Origin: an uncultured Bacilli bacterium
GTDB lineage: Bacteria > Bacillota_I > Bacilli_A > RF39 > UBA660
Assembly (NCBI GenBank): GCA_934096555.1
Contig: CAKOMD010000002.1
Span: 67,128-131,127 of the forward strand
Length of the DNA stretch: 64,000 nucleotides
Direction of reading: 5' to 3'
The notes under the pieces were generated by a model. It searched no databases, had not been told where the DNA came from, and saw nothing but the letters and a program-made list of their open reading frames with translations. This document shows, piece by piece, positions 1 to 9,026 of this stretch; position 1 is the first letter of the stretch; each line of letters opens with the position of its first letter. The position numbers were made by a program, and so were the translations under genes.

Positions 1-1454
1 TGAATAAAAAAAGGATGTTAATTGTTACTTCAGTTATCTTATTAGTAGTTACAATTTCACTAGGAATAGTAAAATTATATCAAACTTACGCTTTAAGTAA
101 TTATATTGGTGCCGAGACTGATACTGGTATTGATGTATATATTAATGACGATTCCTATGCTTCAATACCTGCGAATGGTTCAAGTAATGTCTATTACATG
201 CTTACCAACACTAATCCAGGTACTGTAAAATATGGCGTAGCCTATCAAACAACTTCAGGAGTTACAGTAAAAGTGTATGATACATCAGAAGATCCGGCCA
301 CTGGTACAATTGAAGAAAATGGTAAGAAATATATCAAATTATATCTAGAAAACAAAAACAGTACAAATAAAACAATAGAACTATCTACAGTACTAGGTTA
401 TGAAAATGGTGGCGACTTAGTCGTCCCTAGTGGAGTAACATTAGTTACTGATACATATACTCCACCTCCATCAGCAGCAGAATATATAACCAAGCTTTAT
501 ACCGATGCATCAAAAACAACAGTAACAAATAATAGTATTACATATAACACAGCACCATCAGTATCATTAATGAACGATAGACTAGGAGGTACAACAACTA
601 GTTTAGATGGTGGTAATATAAGATATTATGGAGCAAACCCAAATAATTATATATATTTTAATTGTTCTGATTATAACAATCAATCTTCAAGTACATGTGA
701 AACATGGCGAATAATAGGTATATTTGATGGTAAATTAAAAATAATAAGAAACGAATCAATCGGAGGTTATGCTTGGGATAACAAAAATAAAAGTACGGGT
801 GCAGAAAATGATCTTGGTAAAAATGACTGGACTACAGCAAGATTAATGAAACTTTTAAATCCGAGTGACTATTATACAACAGATTCTAATGATAATGGTT
901 TAGGACAGAGTTTGTATTGGAATAGTGCATCGGGTAAATGTTATAGCGGTAAAAATAATGCAACAGTAGATTGCAATTTTACAAGTACAGGAATAAAAAA
1001 TGATGTTACAAGAAATCTTATATCTGAAGAGACATGGAATATTGGCGGATGGAATAGCAACTCTGTATATTCTAATCAAATTTATGAATATGAAAGAGGA
1101 ACAACAGTATATTCTGGAAGAACAACAACGTGGACTGGGAAAATAGGACTAATGTATCCATCAGATTATGGTTATGCAGCAGATTTAAGTAAATGTACAC
1201 AAAACTTGCGCGATTATGATAATTCAACTTGTAAAATTAATGATTGGTTATTTAATAGTAATAATAAGTGGACTTTAACCCATTATTCCGGCTATTCCGC
1301 CTATGCGTGGTATGTGACTTCGACGGGCTTTGTGTACGGCAACTACGGTGCGTTTAATACTCTCGGCGTGCGTCCAGTCCTTTATCTAGATTCTGATGTG
1401 GCAATGGGTCCAGGAGATGGAACTTCGAGCAATCCGTACAAATTAAGTGCGTAA
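1..1454 (+). CDS. Membrane-anchored secreted protein with Cys-containing C-terminal domain; paralog of 57046-58626; 5' end cut by the window edge
   Basis: ORF 15-1454. The frame stays open back to nt 3 and the window begins 'tg aat aaa aaa agg', so the true ATG probably starts 1 nt before the window. Hydrophobic N-terminal anchor followed by QTYAL. Residues ~163-385 closely match the 57046-58626 product. Confidence 0.7.
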   Translation, partial: NKKRMLIVTSVILLVVTISLGIVKLYQTYALSNYIGAETDTGIDVYINDDSYASIPANGSSNVYYMLTNTNPGTVKYGVAYQTTSGVTVKVYDTSEDPATGTIEENGKKYIKLYLENKNSTNKTIELSTVLGYENGGDLVVPSGVTLVTDTYTPPPSAAEYITKLYTDASKTTVTNNSITYNTAPSVSLMNDRLGGTTTSLDGGNIRYYGANPNNYIYFNCSDYNNQSSSTCETWRIIGIFDGKLKIIRNESIGGYAWDNKNKSTGAENDLGKNDWTTARLMKLLNPSDYYTTDSNDNGLGQSLYWNSASGKCYSGKNNATVDCNFTSTGIKNDVTRNLISEETWNIGGWNSNSVYSNQIYEYERGTTVYSGRTTTWTGKIGLMYPSDYGYAADLSKCTQNLRDYDNSTCKINDWLFNSNNKWTLTHYSGYSAYAWYVTSTGFVYGNYGAFNTLGVRPVLYLDSDVAMGPGDGTSSNPYKLSA

Positions 1455-1498
1455 GCAATTAATTTGAAATAACTTTGGTAGGAAAAACTTGATAATAG

Positions 1499-1585
1499 GC
1501 ACCTTAAACGGGCGAAGTCCGTTAGGTGCAAGGGCGGTAACGAAAGTTAGTCGCCCTAGGATTTATTCCTGAGAGGATAATTTTC
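1499..1585 (+). ncRNA. GC-rich three-hairpin element of unknown function
   Basis: Hairpins gcacct..aggtgc (1499-1529, with inner aacgg/ccgtt), agggcg..GAAA loop..cgccct (1531-1557), and ttattcc..ggataa followed by TTTT (1563-1584). About 50% GC in a ~25% GC background. Lies directly after the stop of the first ORF. Confidence 0.3.
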
Positions 1586-1809
1586 ATAATAAGATTGACA
1601 CCACTACACAGAAGTTCTGACAATTCAAACAATAATTATCTTTGGATATTTTCTCTGTTGAATTATAGACTGTTTATATCAATAAATATACTTATAACTG
1701 TTTTTCAAAAAAATAAAGTAGAATAATTTATAAATACTTCTTAAAAAATAAGAAGTATTTTTTGATATCATTTTAGTTAATTTGACATATAATTTAATAG
1801 GTGATAATC

Positions 1810-2187
1810 ATGACAAAAATAGATAATTTCAAATTATTTGTTAAAAATAATCCTAATTTAATTACATATGTTAGAAATAATACTATGTCATGGCAGAGTT
1901 TTTATGAATTATATGATTTATATGGTGAAGATAATAGTGTTTGGAATGAGTATTTAAATACTAAAAGTTCTGCAAATAATACTAAAGAGAGCGAAACTAA
2001 AAAAACTAGTAAGTTTTCTGATATATTAGATATGGCTAAAAATATTGATACAAATAAATTACAAGATAGTATAAGTTCAGTACAAAAAGCTATTGGTTTA
2101 ATAGGAGATATGCTTGTAAAAGATAAAGCTCCAGGTACTGGTAGTACTTATAATCCTAGACCTATTTACCGAAGGTTCGATGATTAA
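1810..2187 (+). CDS. ylbD: YlbD-like putative spore coat protein
   Basis: N-terminus FKLFVKNNPNLITYVRNNTMSWQSFYELYDLYGEDNSVWNEY resembles B. subtilis YlbD as I recall it. RBS aggtga lies 6 nt before ATG 1810. Followed by a ylbE-like gene, as in Bacillus. Confidence 0.55.
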   Translation: MTKIDNFKLFVKNNPNLITYVRNNTMSWQSFYELYDLYGEDNSVWNEYLNTKSSANNTKESETKKTSKFSDILDMAKNIDTNKLQDSISSVQKAIGLIGDMLVKDKAPGTGSTYNPRPIYRRFDD

Positions 2188-2408
2188 TGACAACAGAATT
2201 GCAACTTAAAATTAGTTCTGATCCAAGACTAGTATCATTTATTAGACAGTATCCAATCTGGTATAAAAGACTAAATAGGGATCCTTTATTATTTAGAGAA
2301 TTTACTGAAGATATGAAGGATAAATTTAAAATAAAGCCTAGCGATAGATTAAATAAAACTTTAGAAAATATTAGTATGATACAAACATTTTTAAATGTAT
2401 TAAAATAA
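2187..2408 (+). CDS. ylbE: YlbE-like small protein
   Basis: 73-aa ORF translationally coupled to the ylbD-like gene (TAATG overlap). Size and position match ylbE. Confidence 0.5.
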   Translation: MTTELQLKISSDPRLVSFIRQYPIWYKRLNRDPLLFREFTEDMKDKFKIKPSDRLNKTLENISMIQTFLNVLK

Positions 2409-2419
2409 AAAACTTAAGA

Positions 2420-3550
2420 TTAATTTTTGAATCTTAAGTTTTCATTTGATATATTAAATAACATTCCAATTAATATCATGTATGATAGTAGTGAAGAACC
2501 ACCATAAGAAATAAATGGAAGAGTAATACCCATTATTGGAAGCAGTCCAATAGTCATACTTATATTATGTATCTGCTGGAAGAGTAAAACTGATATTATT
2601 CCTCCAGTAAGTAATTTATCGTTGTTATTATAAGATTTACTACCTAGTTTAATAATACTAATATCAAAGTATACAATAAGTAATAAAAGACCAAGTACCC
2701 CAACAAAACCAAAGTTTGAAGCAAATACTGCAAATATAAAGTCAGTTTGCATCTCAGGGAAATATATTGGTGTATGATTAAATCCATGCCCTAATAATCC
2801 CCCAGAACCTATTGCTGTAAGCCCATTAGTAAGTTGTAAGCCACTAGAATTAGACCAATTAAGAATTCTATCCATTCGGTAAAAGAAGCTAGTACCAAAT
2901 ATCTTAATAAATAAATCTTGTTTTAAAAAATATAATCCTAAAAACATACCACCAAGTACAGCAATAGTGCCAATAGTAATAATAAACCATCTACCTCTAA
3001 AACCACCTACAAAAAGCATTACAATGGTAATAATAAAATAAATAAGTACAGCACCAGTATCTGGTTCAATAAAAGTTAATATTGAAGGAATACCAACTAC
3101 AATAAGTACTTTAATAAGAAACCTAAATTCTTCACTAACATCATTACTTCTTCTTTCTTCATTAAAATCATTTATCATTCTTGATAAGGTAATCATTAAA
3201 AATACTTTCATAAATTCAGAAGGCTGAAAACTACCAATATAAGGAATAATAAACCAACATCTAGCATTATTAATAGGCTTACCTAAGAATAATACCAGTA
3301 TCAGGAGAATAACTCCTATTATATAAAATATATAAGCATTATTATAAAGAAATTTATTACCAAATAACATCATAATATAAGCAATAGCAAATCCCAGTAA
3401 ATACCAAAGACATTGCTTAATAAACAAATTTTGATAATCACTAGCGAGTAAATCTCTCGTACAATATATAGTAATAATACTAATAATAGCAAATAATATT
3501 ATTGGTATTAAAATACAATTTTCTACTTTAAATCTTGATTCTTTTTTCAT
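2420..3550 (-). CDS. SEDS-family peptidoglycan glycosyltransferase (FtsW/RodA/SpoVE)
   Basis: About 10 TM segments and the C-terminal motif GITLPFISYGGSSLL typical of FtsW/RodA. Confidence 0.85.
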   Translation of the reverse strand: MKKESRFKVENCILIPIILFAIISIITIYCTRDLLASDYQNLFIKQCLWYLLGFAIAYIMMLFGNKFLYNNAYIFYIIGVILLILVLFLGKPINNARCWFIIPYIGSFQPSEFMKVFLMITLSRMINDFNEERRSNDVSEEFRFLIKVLIVVGIPSILTFIEPDTGAVLIYFIITIVMLFVGGFRGRWFIITIGTIAVLGGMFLGLYFLKQDLFIKIFGTSFFYRMDRILNWSNSSGLQLTNGLTAIGSGGLLGHGFNHTPIYFPEMQTDFIFAVFASNFGFVGVLGLLLLIVYFDISIIKLGSKSYNNNDKLLTGGIISVLLFQQIHNISMTIGLLPIMGITLPFISYGGSSLLSYMILIGMLFNISNENLRFKN

Positions 3551-3638
3551 TTAATCAACTCTCTCTTTAATATAATACCACAAAAAAATAAAATAATAAA
3601 TATATATTAGTATCATATAATAAATTAGAGGTGAATAT

Positions 3639-3965
3639 ATGAAAGAACTACCAAAAATGTATCATAATAACATAGATAAAAATATTAATAATAATGAAAA
3701 AATATTTTCTACTATGTATAATAATGATATAGAATTAAGGAGTACCAATAACTTTATTAACAATAAAAATAATTATACAGTAGAACAAAAAATATATAAT
3801 ATATTTAATTCTCCTAATTATATTTATAAAATAGATGTTATTATTGTTACAGATAAAGGAAAAAGTAAAAAGAGAATAGTAGGTAAAACTAAAACTAATT
3901 TAATTACTATGGATAATGAATATATCCCAATTAATACTATCAGAGATATTTATATAGATAATTAG
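3639..3965 (+). CDS. Hypothetical Asn-rich protein
   Basis: 108-aa ORF with RBS agaggtga upstream. No recognisable motif. Confidence 0.4.
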   Translation: MKELPKMYHNNIDKNINNNEKIFSTMYNNDIELRSTNNFINNKNNYTVEQKIYNIFNSPNYIYKIDVIIVTDKGKSKKRIVGKTKTNLITMDNEYIPINTIRDIYIDN

Positions 3966-3984
3966 GTTAGTATCCTAAATATAG

Positions 3985-4065
3985 CTTATATATAATAGAT
4001 ATGTAGATATATTATTTATAGACCTTAGGCTATAAATAACACTATGAGACCATAGACTCATAGTG
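3985..4065. repeat. Composite intergenic repeat: 29-nt box plus two loop-conserved hairpins
   Basis: Box cttatatataatagatatgtagatatatt (3985-4013). Hairpin atttatag[ACCTTAGG]ctataaat (4014-4037). Hairpin cactatgag[ACCATAGA]ctcatagtg (4040-4065). Confidence 0.85.
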
Positions 4066-4141
4066 AAATAACCAAAAGAAGTTATAATACGACTTCTTTT
4101 TTATAATAATTTGTGGTATTATTATATTACAGGTGATAATT

Positions 4142-4924
4142 ATGAATAGAGTATTCTTAAAATTAGGCCCAATTACTATATATTGGTATGCCGTATTAAT
4201 AGTATCCGCAATTTGTATAGGAATATATTTTTCAACCAAAGAAGCCAAAAGGAATGGTTTAGGAAGAGACTTCTTAATGGATTTAATATTCTATGTAATA
4301 CCAATAGGTATACTAGGAGCAAGATTATATTATGTAATATTCAATTTCTCAGTATTTAAAGATAATCTATTAGATATATTCAAAATATGGGAAGGCGGTC
4401 TAGCCATATATGGAGCAGTAATCTCTTGTATAGTATTCGTAATATATTATTGTAAAAAGCATAATAAAAATATCCTATTAACTATTGATACATTAGTACC
4501 ATATCTAATACTAGGACAAGCCATCGGTAGATGGGGTAACTTCATAAATAAAGAAGCCCATGGAGCAGTAACTACTCTAGGACACTTAAAAAGTTTACAT
4601 CTCCCAGATTTCATAATAAACGGTATGTATATTAATGGTAACTACTATATACCAACATTCCTATATGAATCATTATGGTGTCTCTTAGGATTTATAATAT
4701 TATTAATTATCAGAAAGAAAGATAAATATAAACATAATGGTTTATTAGTAAGTTTTTACTTTATATGGTATGGTATAGGTAGATTATTTATCGAAGGATT
4801 AAGAACAGATAGCCTATATTTAGGAGCATTCAGAATAAGTCAAATTGTATCAGTTATACTAATATTAATAGGTATAATAGGAATTATCTATATAAGGAGG
4901 AAATCATGGAAAAATACAAAGTAG
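4142..4924 (+). CDS. lgt: Prolipoprotein diacylglyceryl transferase
   Basis: Polytopic membrane protein with the GRWGNFINKEAHG motif. RBS aggtga before ATG 4142. Confidence 0.85.
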   Translation: MNRVFLKLGPITIYWYAVLIVSAICIGIYFSTKEAKRNGLGRDFLMDLIFYVIPIGILGARLYYVIFNFSVFKDNLLDIFKIWEGGLAIYGAVISCIVFVIYYCKKHNKNILLTIDTLVPYLILGQAIGRWGNFINKEAHGAVTTLGHLKSLHLPDFIINGMYINGNYYIPTFLYESLWCLLGFIILLIIRKKDKYKHNGLLVSFYFIWYGIGRLFIEGLRTDSLYLGAFRISQIVSVILILIGIIGIIYIRRKSWKNTK

Positions 4925-5778
4925 TAATAGTAGGAGCAGGAATAGCCGGTATGAGTGCTGCAATTAATCTCAAAAGAGCCGGTATAAACCCATTAATAAT
5001 AGAAAATAACGCCCCAGGAGGCACTCTAAATTATATACCAAATATCGAGAATTATCCTGGTTATGAAAGTATATCAGGCCCTGATCTAGCTATGAATATA
5101 TATAATCAAGTAAATAATCTAGATATAAAAATAAAATCTGTAAATATCAGCAATATAGATTTAGATAAAAAAATAATCAATAACGATATAGAATTTGAGT
5201 ATTTAATAATAGCTACAGGTAGAAAGAGTAGACTTCTAGGACTAGATAAAGAAAAAAAATTACTTGGAAGAGGAATAAGTACTTGTGCTTTATGTGACGG
5301 AATGTTCTATAAAGATAAAGATGTTATCATTGTCGGTGGTGGAAATTCTGCTTTAACAGAAAGTCTATACTTATCTAATATCTGCAACAAAGTAACTATT
5401 ATCATAAGAAGAGATAACTTTACTGGAGATAAATATCTAATAGATAGAGTAGGTAATAAAAAGAATATTAAAGTAATAAATAATAGTAACATCATAAGTT
5501 ATAATACTAAGAATGATACTCTGGTATCAGTAACATTAGATAACAAAAAGAGAGTTAAAACAAGTGGAGTATTCTTAGCTCTAGGTGGAATACCAAATAG
5601 TCAGTCTTTCAATGTCGAAAAAGAAAATGATTATATTCTAGTAAATGATAAGTATGAAACAAACATCCCTTATGTATATGCCATAGGTGATGTAATAAAA
5701 AAAGACTATTACCAGCTTACTACCGCAGTAGCAGATGCCGTAATAGCCTCAAATAATATCATAAGAATAAATAAGTAA
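4906..5778 (+). CDS. Thioredoxin-reductase-like FAD/NAD(P) oxidoreductase
   Basis: GAGIAG dinucleotide fold, redox motif CALCDG (canonical CATCDG), GGGNSA second fold, and GDV near the C-terminus. Confidence 0.7.
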   Translation: MEKYKVVIVGAGIAGMSAAINLKRAGINPLIIENNAPGGTLNYIPNIENYPGYESISGPDLAMNIYNQVNNLDIKIKSVNISNIDLDKKIINNDIEFEYLIIATGRKSRLLGLDKEKKLLGRGISTCALCDGMFYKDKDVIIVGGGNSALTESLYLSNICNKVTIIIRRDNFTGDKYLIDRVGNKKNIKVINNSNIISYNTKNDTLVSVTLDNKKRVKTSGVFLALGGIPNSQSFNVEKENDYILVNDKYETNIPYVYAIGDVIKKDYYQLTTAVADAVIASNNIIRINK

Positions 5779-5876
5779 TATAGTCATATATTAAAGTAAG
5801 AAAAGAAATTCAACAAATATTTACATTAACAAAAAACAATGATATAATTTATATATAGTATGAAAGGAGAATAAAT

Positions 5877-6440
5877 ATGGAACCAAGTTCAATAATAATC
5901 ATTGTAATAGTAGGAGTAGTATTACTATTAGTCTTTTATGTAATCGGAGTATATAACAAACTAGTAAATGCCAGAAACAAAGTAAAAGATCAGTTCGCTC
6001 AAATAGATGTACAACTAAAGAGAAGAAGTGATATGATACCAAATCTAGTAGAAACAGTAAAAGGTTATGCTAAGCACGAAGAAAATACCTTCAAGGAAGT
6101 AGTTGAAGCTAGAAATAAAATGAATACTGCTGGTAACATTAATGAAGAATTAGAAGCATCAAATGCTGTTACTGGAGCTTTAAATAAACTATTTGCTTTA
6201 TCAGAAGCATATCCAGAACTAAAAGCCAATGAAAACTTCTTATCTCTTCAAAAAGATTTAAGAGAAACCGAAGACAAACTTAGTTATGCTAGACAATTTT
6301 ATAATGATTCTGTCTTAATGTATAACAATACAAGAGAAAAATTTCCGTCAAATATCGTAGCAAACATATTTGGATTTAAGGAAATTAACTTCTTTAAAGC
6401 TTCAGAAAAAGATAAAGAAGTACCAAATGTTAAATTTTAG
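5877..6440 (+). CDS. lemA: LemA family membrane protein
   Basis: N-terminal TM followed by YNKLVNARNKVKDQFAQIDVQLKRRSDMIPNLVE and ..FYNDSV..YN, typical of LemA. Promoter TTTACA-17-TATAAT upstream. Confidence 0.85.
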   Translation: MEPSSIIIIVIVGVVLLLVFYVIGVYNKLVNARNKVKDQFAQIDVQLKRRSDMIPNLVETVKGYAKHEENTFKEVVEARNKMNTAGNINEELEASNAVTGALNKLFALSEAYPELKANENFLSLQKDLRETEDKLSYARQFYNDSVLMYNNTREKFPSNIVANIFGFKEINFFKASEKDKEVPNVKF

Positions 6441-6473
6441 GACTAATATAGTCCTTTTTTGATAGGAGAATAT

Positions 6474-8183
6474 ATGAAAAAAATAAACTTATTAATTCTT
6501 GGTATTATATTATTAGTACCAAGTATCGCAATGGCTAATTCAATCAAAAATATAAATATGGATATCTATGTAGATAGTGCAGGTACAGCTCATGTAACAG
6601 AGGCCTGGGATACATATCTAGACGAAGGTACTGAGGGATATAAGCCATACTATAATTTAGGTAATAGTGAGATATCTAATTTCAAGGTAAAACTAAATAA
6701 TAAAGAATACACATTTAACGATAACTATAATATAAATGCTTCATTTGATAGTAAAAAACATACTAATGGTTTTCATTATATTGATAATGGTATAGAATTA
6801 TGTTTTGGTATCAGTAAATACGGAAATAACACTTATTATATTTCATATGATATCAGTAATTTCGTAGTCAAAACAAGTGATGACTATCAAATGATCTACT
6901 GGACTTTATTTCCATATGATTATAATCCAAGTCCAAGTAATATAAACATCAAAATACATAGTGATTTTAAGTATGCAGATACCCTAGATGTATGGGGCTA
7001 TGGTAAATATGGAGCACCCTGCTACGTATATGATGGAGTAATAGAAATGACTTCTGATGGAAGTATTTCTAGTAGTGAATACATGACTATCCTAGTAAAG
7101 TTTCCAAAGGACACATTTAATTTAGACATCACTTTAGATAAGACATTTGATGAATTTTTAAATATGGCAAATGAAGGAGCTACTAATTATTCAGGCAATC
7201 ACAACGATTATGATAATTATAATGCCACAAGTATAATAGATAAAATATTTATGGGATTCACTATGATTATATCATTCGCATTTCCAGTTACAATTATAGT
7301 AGTTTCAATAATAGTAGCCCAAAGAAACGGTTATGGCTATAAAAACAATAAGGTAATAAGCAAAAAAGATACCCCGTTCTTTAGAGAAATACCATGTAAC
7401 AAAGATATATATTATGCCAATACTTTAACAAATCTAAACAAAAATCTGTATTCAGCATACAAAGAAACAAACATATTCGGTGCCATAATATTAAAATGGG
7501 TAAAAGAAGGCAAAGTAAAATTCACTATAGCCAGCGGATCTTCAAATAAAGAAAAAGGTAGCATTGATTTAACCTTAAATCCAACCTTTGATAACGTACT
7601 AGAAAAGGAATTATTCGATATAATGCATGAAGCTAGCAAAGATGGTATATTAGAAACAAAAGAATTTGAAAAGTGGTGCAGAGACCACTATAGCAAGTTC
7701 TTCGGACTATTTACCAGAATAAATAATGTCCAGCTAGAAAAATTAAAAATTGATAATCACATATACAAAAGAACAAATAAAGAAGAATGCAAATGCAAAA
7801 ATGTAATGGACGATACCATATATAAAGATAGTAAAGAGTTATATGGCCTAAAACTATATTTAAACGAATTCTCTAGTATCAATACCAAAGAAGTAATGGA
7901 AGTCCATCTATGGGATGAATACCTAATGTTTGCCTATATATTCGGTATTGCTGACAAAGTCGCTAAACAGCTTAAAAATCTATACCCTGAAGTAATAAAA
8001 GACTACAATATCGACTTTGATACCCTTTTATACATAAACTATATCAGTACAAGAAGTGTTAATGCTGCGAGCAATGCAAGGTCAAGAGCAGAATCATACT
8101 CTTCTGGTGGAGGCGGCTTTTCTTCCGGTGGCGGAGGAGGAGGATCCTTCGGAGGAGGAGGTGGCGGAGGTGGTTTCCGCTAA
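6474..8183 (+). CDS. DUF2207-type membrane protein with Gly-rich C-terminus
   Basis: Signal peptide, central TM segments and a C-terminal GGGGFSSGGGGGGSFGGGGGGGGFR tail. Classic neighbour of lemA. RBS taggag before ATG 6474. Confidence 0.7.
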   Translation: MKKINLLILGIILLVPSIAMANSIKNINMDIYVDSAGTAHVTEAWDTYLDEGTEGYKPYYNLGNSEISNFKVKLNNKEYTFNDNYNINASFDSKKHTNGFHYIDNGIELCFGISKYGNNTYYISYDISNFVVKTSDDYQMIYWTLFPYDYNPSPSNINIKIHSDFKYADTLDVWGYGKYGAPCYVYDGVIEMTSDGSISSSEYMTILVKFPKDTFNLDITLDKTFDEFLNMANEGATNYSGNHNDYDNYNATSIIDKIFMGFTMIISFAFPVTIIVVSIIVAQRNGYGYKNNKVISKKDTPFFREIPCNKDIYYANTLTNLNKNLYSAYKETNIFGAIILKWVKEGKVKFTIASGSSNKEKGSIDLTLNPTFDNVLEKELFDIMHEASKDGILETKEFEKWCRDHYSKFFGLFTRINNVQLEKLKIDNHIYKRTNKEECKCKNVMDDTIYKDSKELYGLKLYLNEFSSINTKEVMEVHLWDEYLMFAYIFGIADKVAKQLKNLYPEVIKDYNIDFDTLLYINYISTRSVNAASNARSRAESYSSGGGGFSSGGGGGGSFGGGGGGGGFR

Positions 8184-8805
8184 TGAGTACATTTATAATG
8201 AACAGAAATACAGTATTGAAGTAATTAAAAAAACAAACAAAAATACTTATTTAAGAGTAAAAGATAACAAAATAGTGGTAACCACTAGTTACCTTACCAC
8301 CAGTAGACAAATAACCAAACTAATCGAAGATAATACAACCTTTATCAATAAAGCCTTAGATAAAAGTATTAAGAAAAAAGAAGACGACACATTCAAACTA
8401 TTTGGTAATAGTTACGATATAATATATGGCCCATTTGATACGGAAATAAATAATAATAAAATATATACCAAAGACGAAAAAACATTTAATAAATACTATA
8501 CAAAATACATAACCAATATATACAGTGAAAGATTAAATTATTGGTATAATATCTTCGAAGAAAATATCCCATACCCCAACTTAAAAATTAGAAAAATGAC
8601 TAGTAGATGGGGAGTATGCAATATAAAAAATCACAATGTTACTCTAAATTCAGAACTATCAAAGTATGATATAAGTGCATTAGATTATGTTATAGTCCAT
8701 GAACTATCCCATTTTATTCACCATAATCACTCTAAAGACTTTTGGCTTTTAGTATCAAAGTATTGTCCAAATTATAAAGATATAAGAAAAATGTTGAGAA
8801 GTTAA
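8161..8805 (+). CDS. DUF45/YgjP-like zinc metallopeptidase (start uncertain)
   Basis: RWGVC...VIVHELSHFIHHNHSKDFW (HExxH) motif. The ATG-started ORF (8056) overlaps the preceding gene, so a GTG at 8161 or 8170 after GGAGG runs is more plausible. Confidence 0.6.
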   Translation: MAEVVSANEYIYNEQKYSIEVIKKTNKNTYLRVKDNKIVVTTSYLTTSRQITKLIEDNTTFINKALDKSIKKKEDDTFKLFGNSYDIIYGPFDTEINNNKIYTKDEKTFNKYYTKYITNIYSERLNYWYNIFEENIPYPNLKIRKMTSRWGVCNIKNHNVTLNSELSKYDISALDYVIVHELSHFIHHNHSKDFWLLVSKYCPNYKDIRKMLRS

Positions 8806-9026
8806 GAATATAGTTTAAATTATATTCTTTTTTTCATGATCAATAATCAAAATGCCACATATCTAATAATTCTTGGTAATAATCAAATAATTTAAACTTT
8901 TTTTCAAAAAAATGGCAAAATCAAACATTAATTCTTGTATATAAGTATGAAGGGATAAAAAGGAAGGAAAGGAGAATATAAATATGAGCTAAATAACAAA
9001 GAAAAATACTATATGCAAATTAAAGA

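Noticed and set aside
1490-1530. A resemblance of cttgataataggcacc...agtccgttaggtgc to the 3' part of the S. pyogenes tracrRNA (tagtccgttatca...ggcaccgagtcggtgc).
   Set aside because: Only short word matches are present. There is no cas9, no CRISPR array and no anti-repeat in the window. It is most likely coincidence.
1531-1557. The GAAA-tetraloop hairpin considered as group II intron domain V.
   Set aside because: It is about 27 nt rather than 34, lacks the AGC triad and 2-nt bulge geometry, and has no intron-encoded protein or other intron domains nearby.
4042-4248. A 68-aa minus-strand ORF spanning the repeat locus and the lgt start.
   Set aside because: It overlaps lgt and the intergenic repeat, and has no RBS and no recognisable features.
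8056-8160. An N-terminal extension of the DUF45-like ORF starting at ATG 8056.
   Set aside because: It overlaps the Gly-rich 3' end of the DUF2207 gene in another frame and translates as an acidic low-complexity stretch. A GTG start after the upstream stop region is more plausible.
8095-8183. A GGN-rich stretch considered as a non-coding simple repeat.
   Set aside because: It is in frame and encodes the poly-Gly/Ser C-terminal tail typical of DUF2207 proteins.
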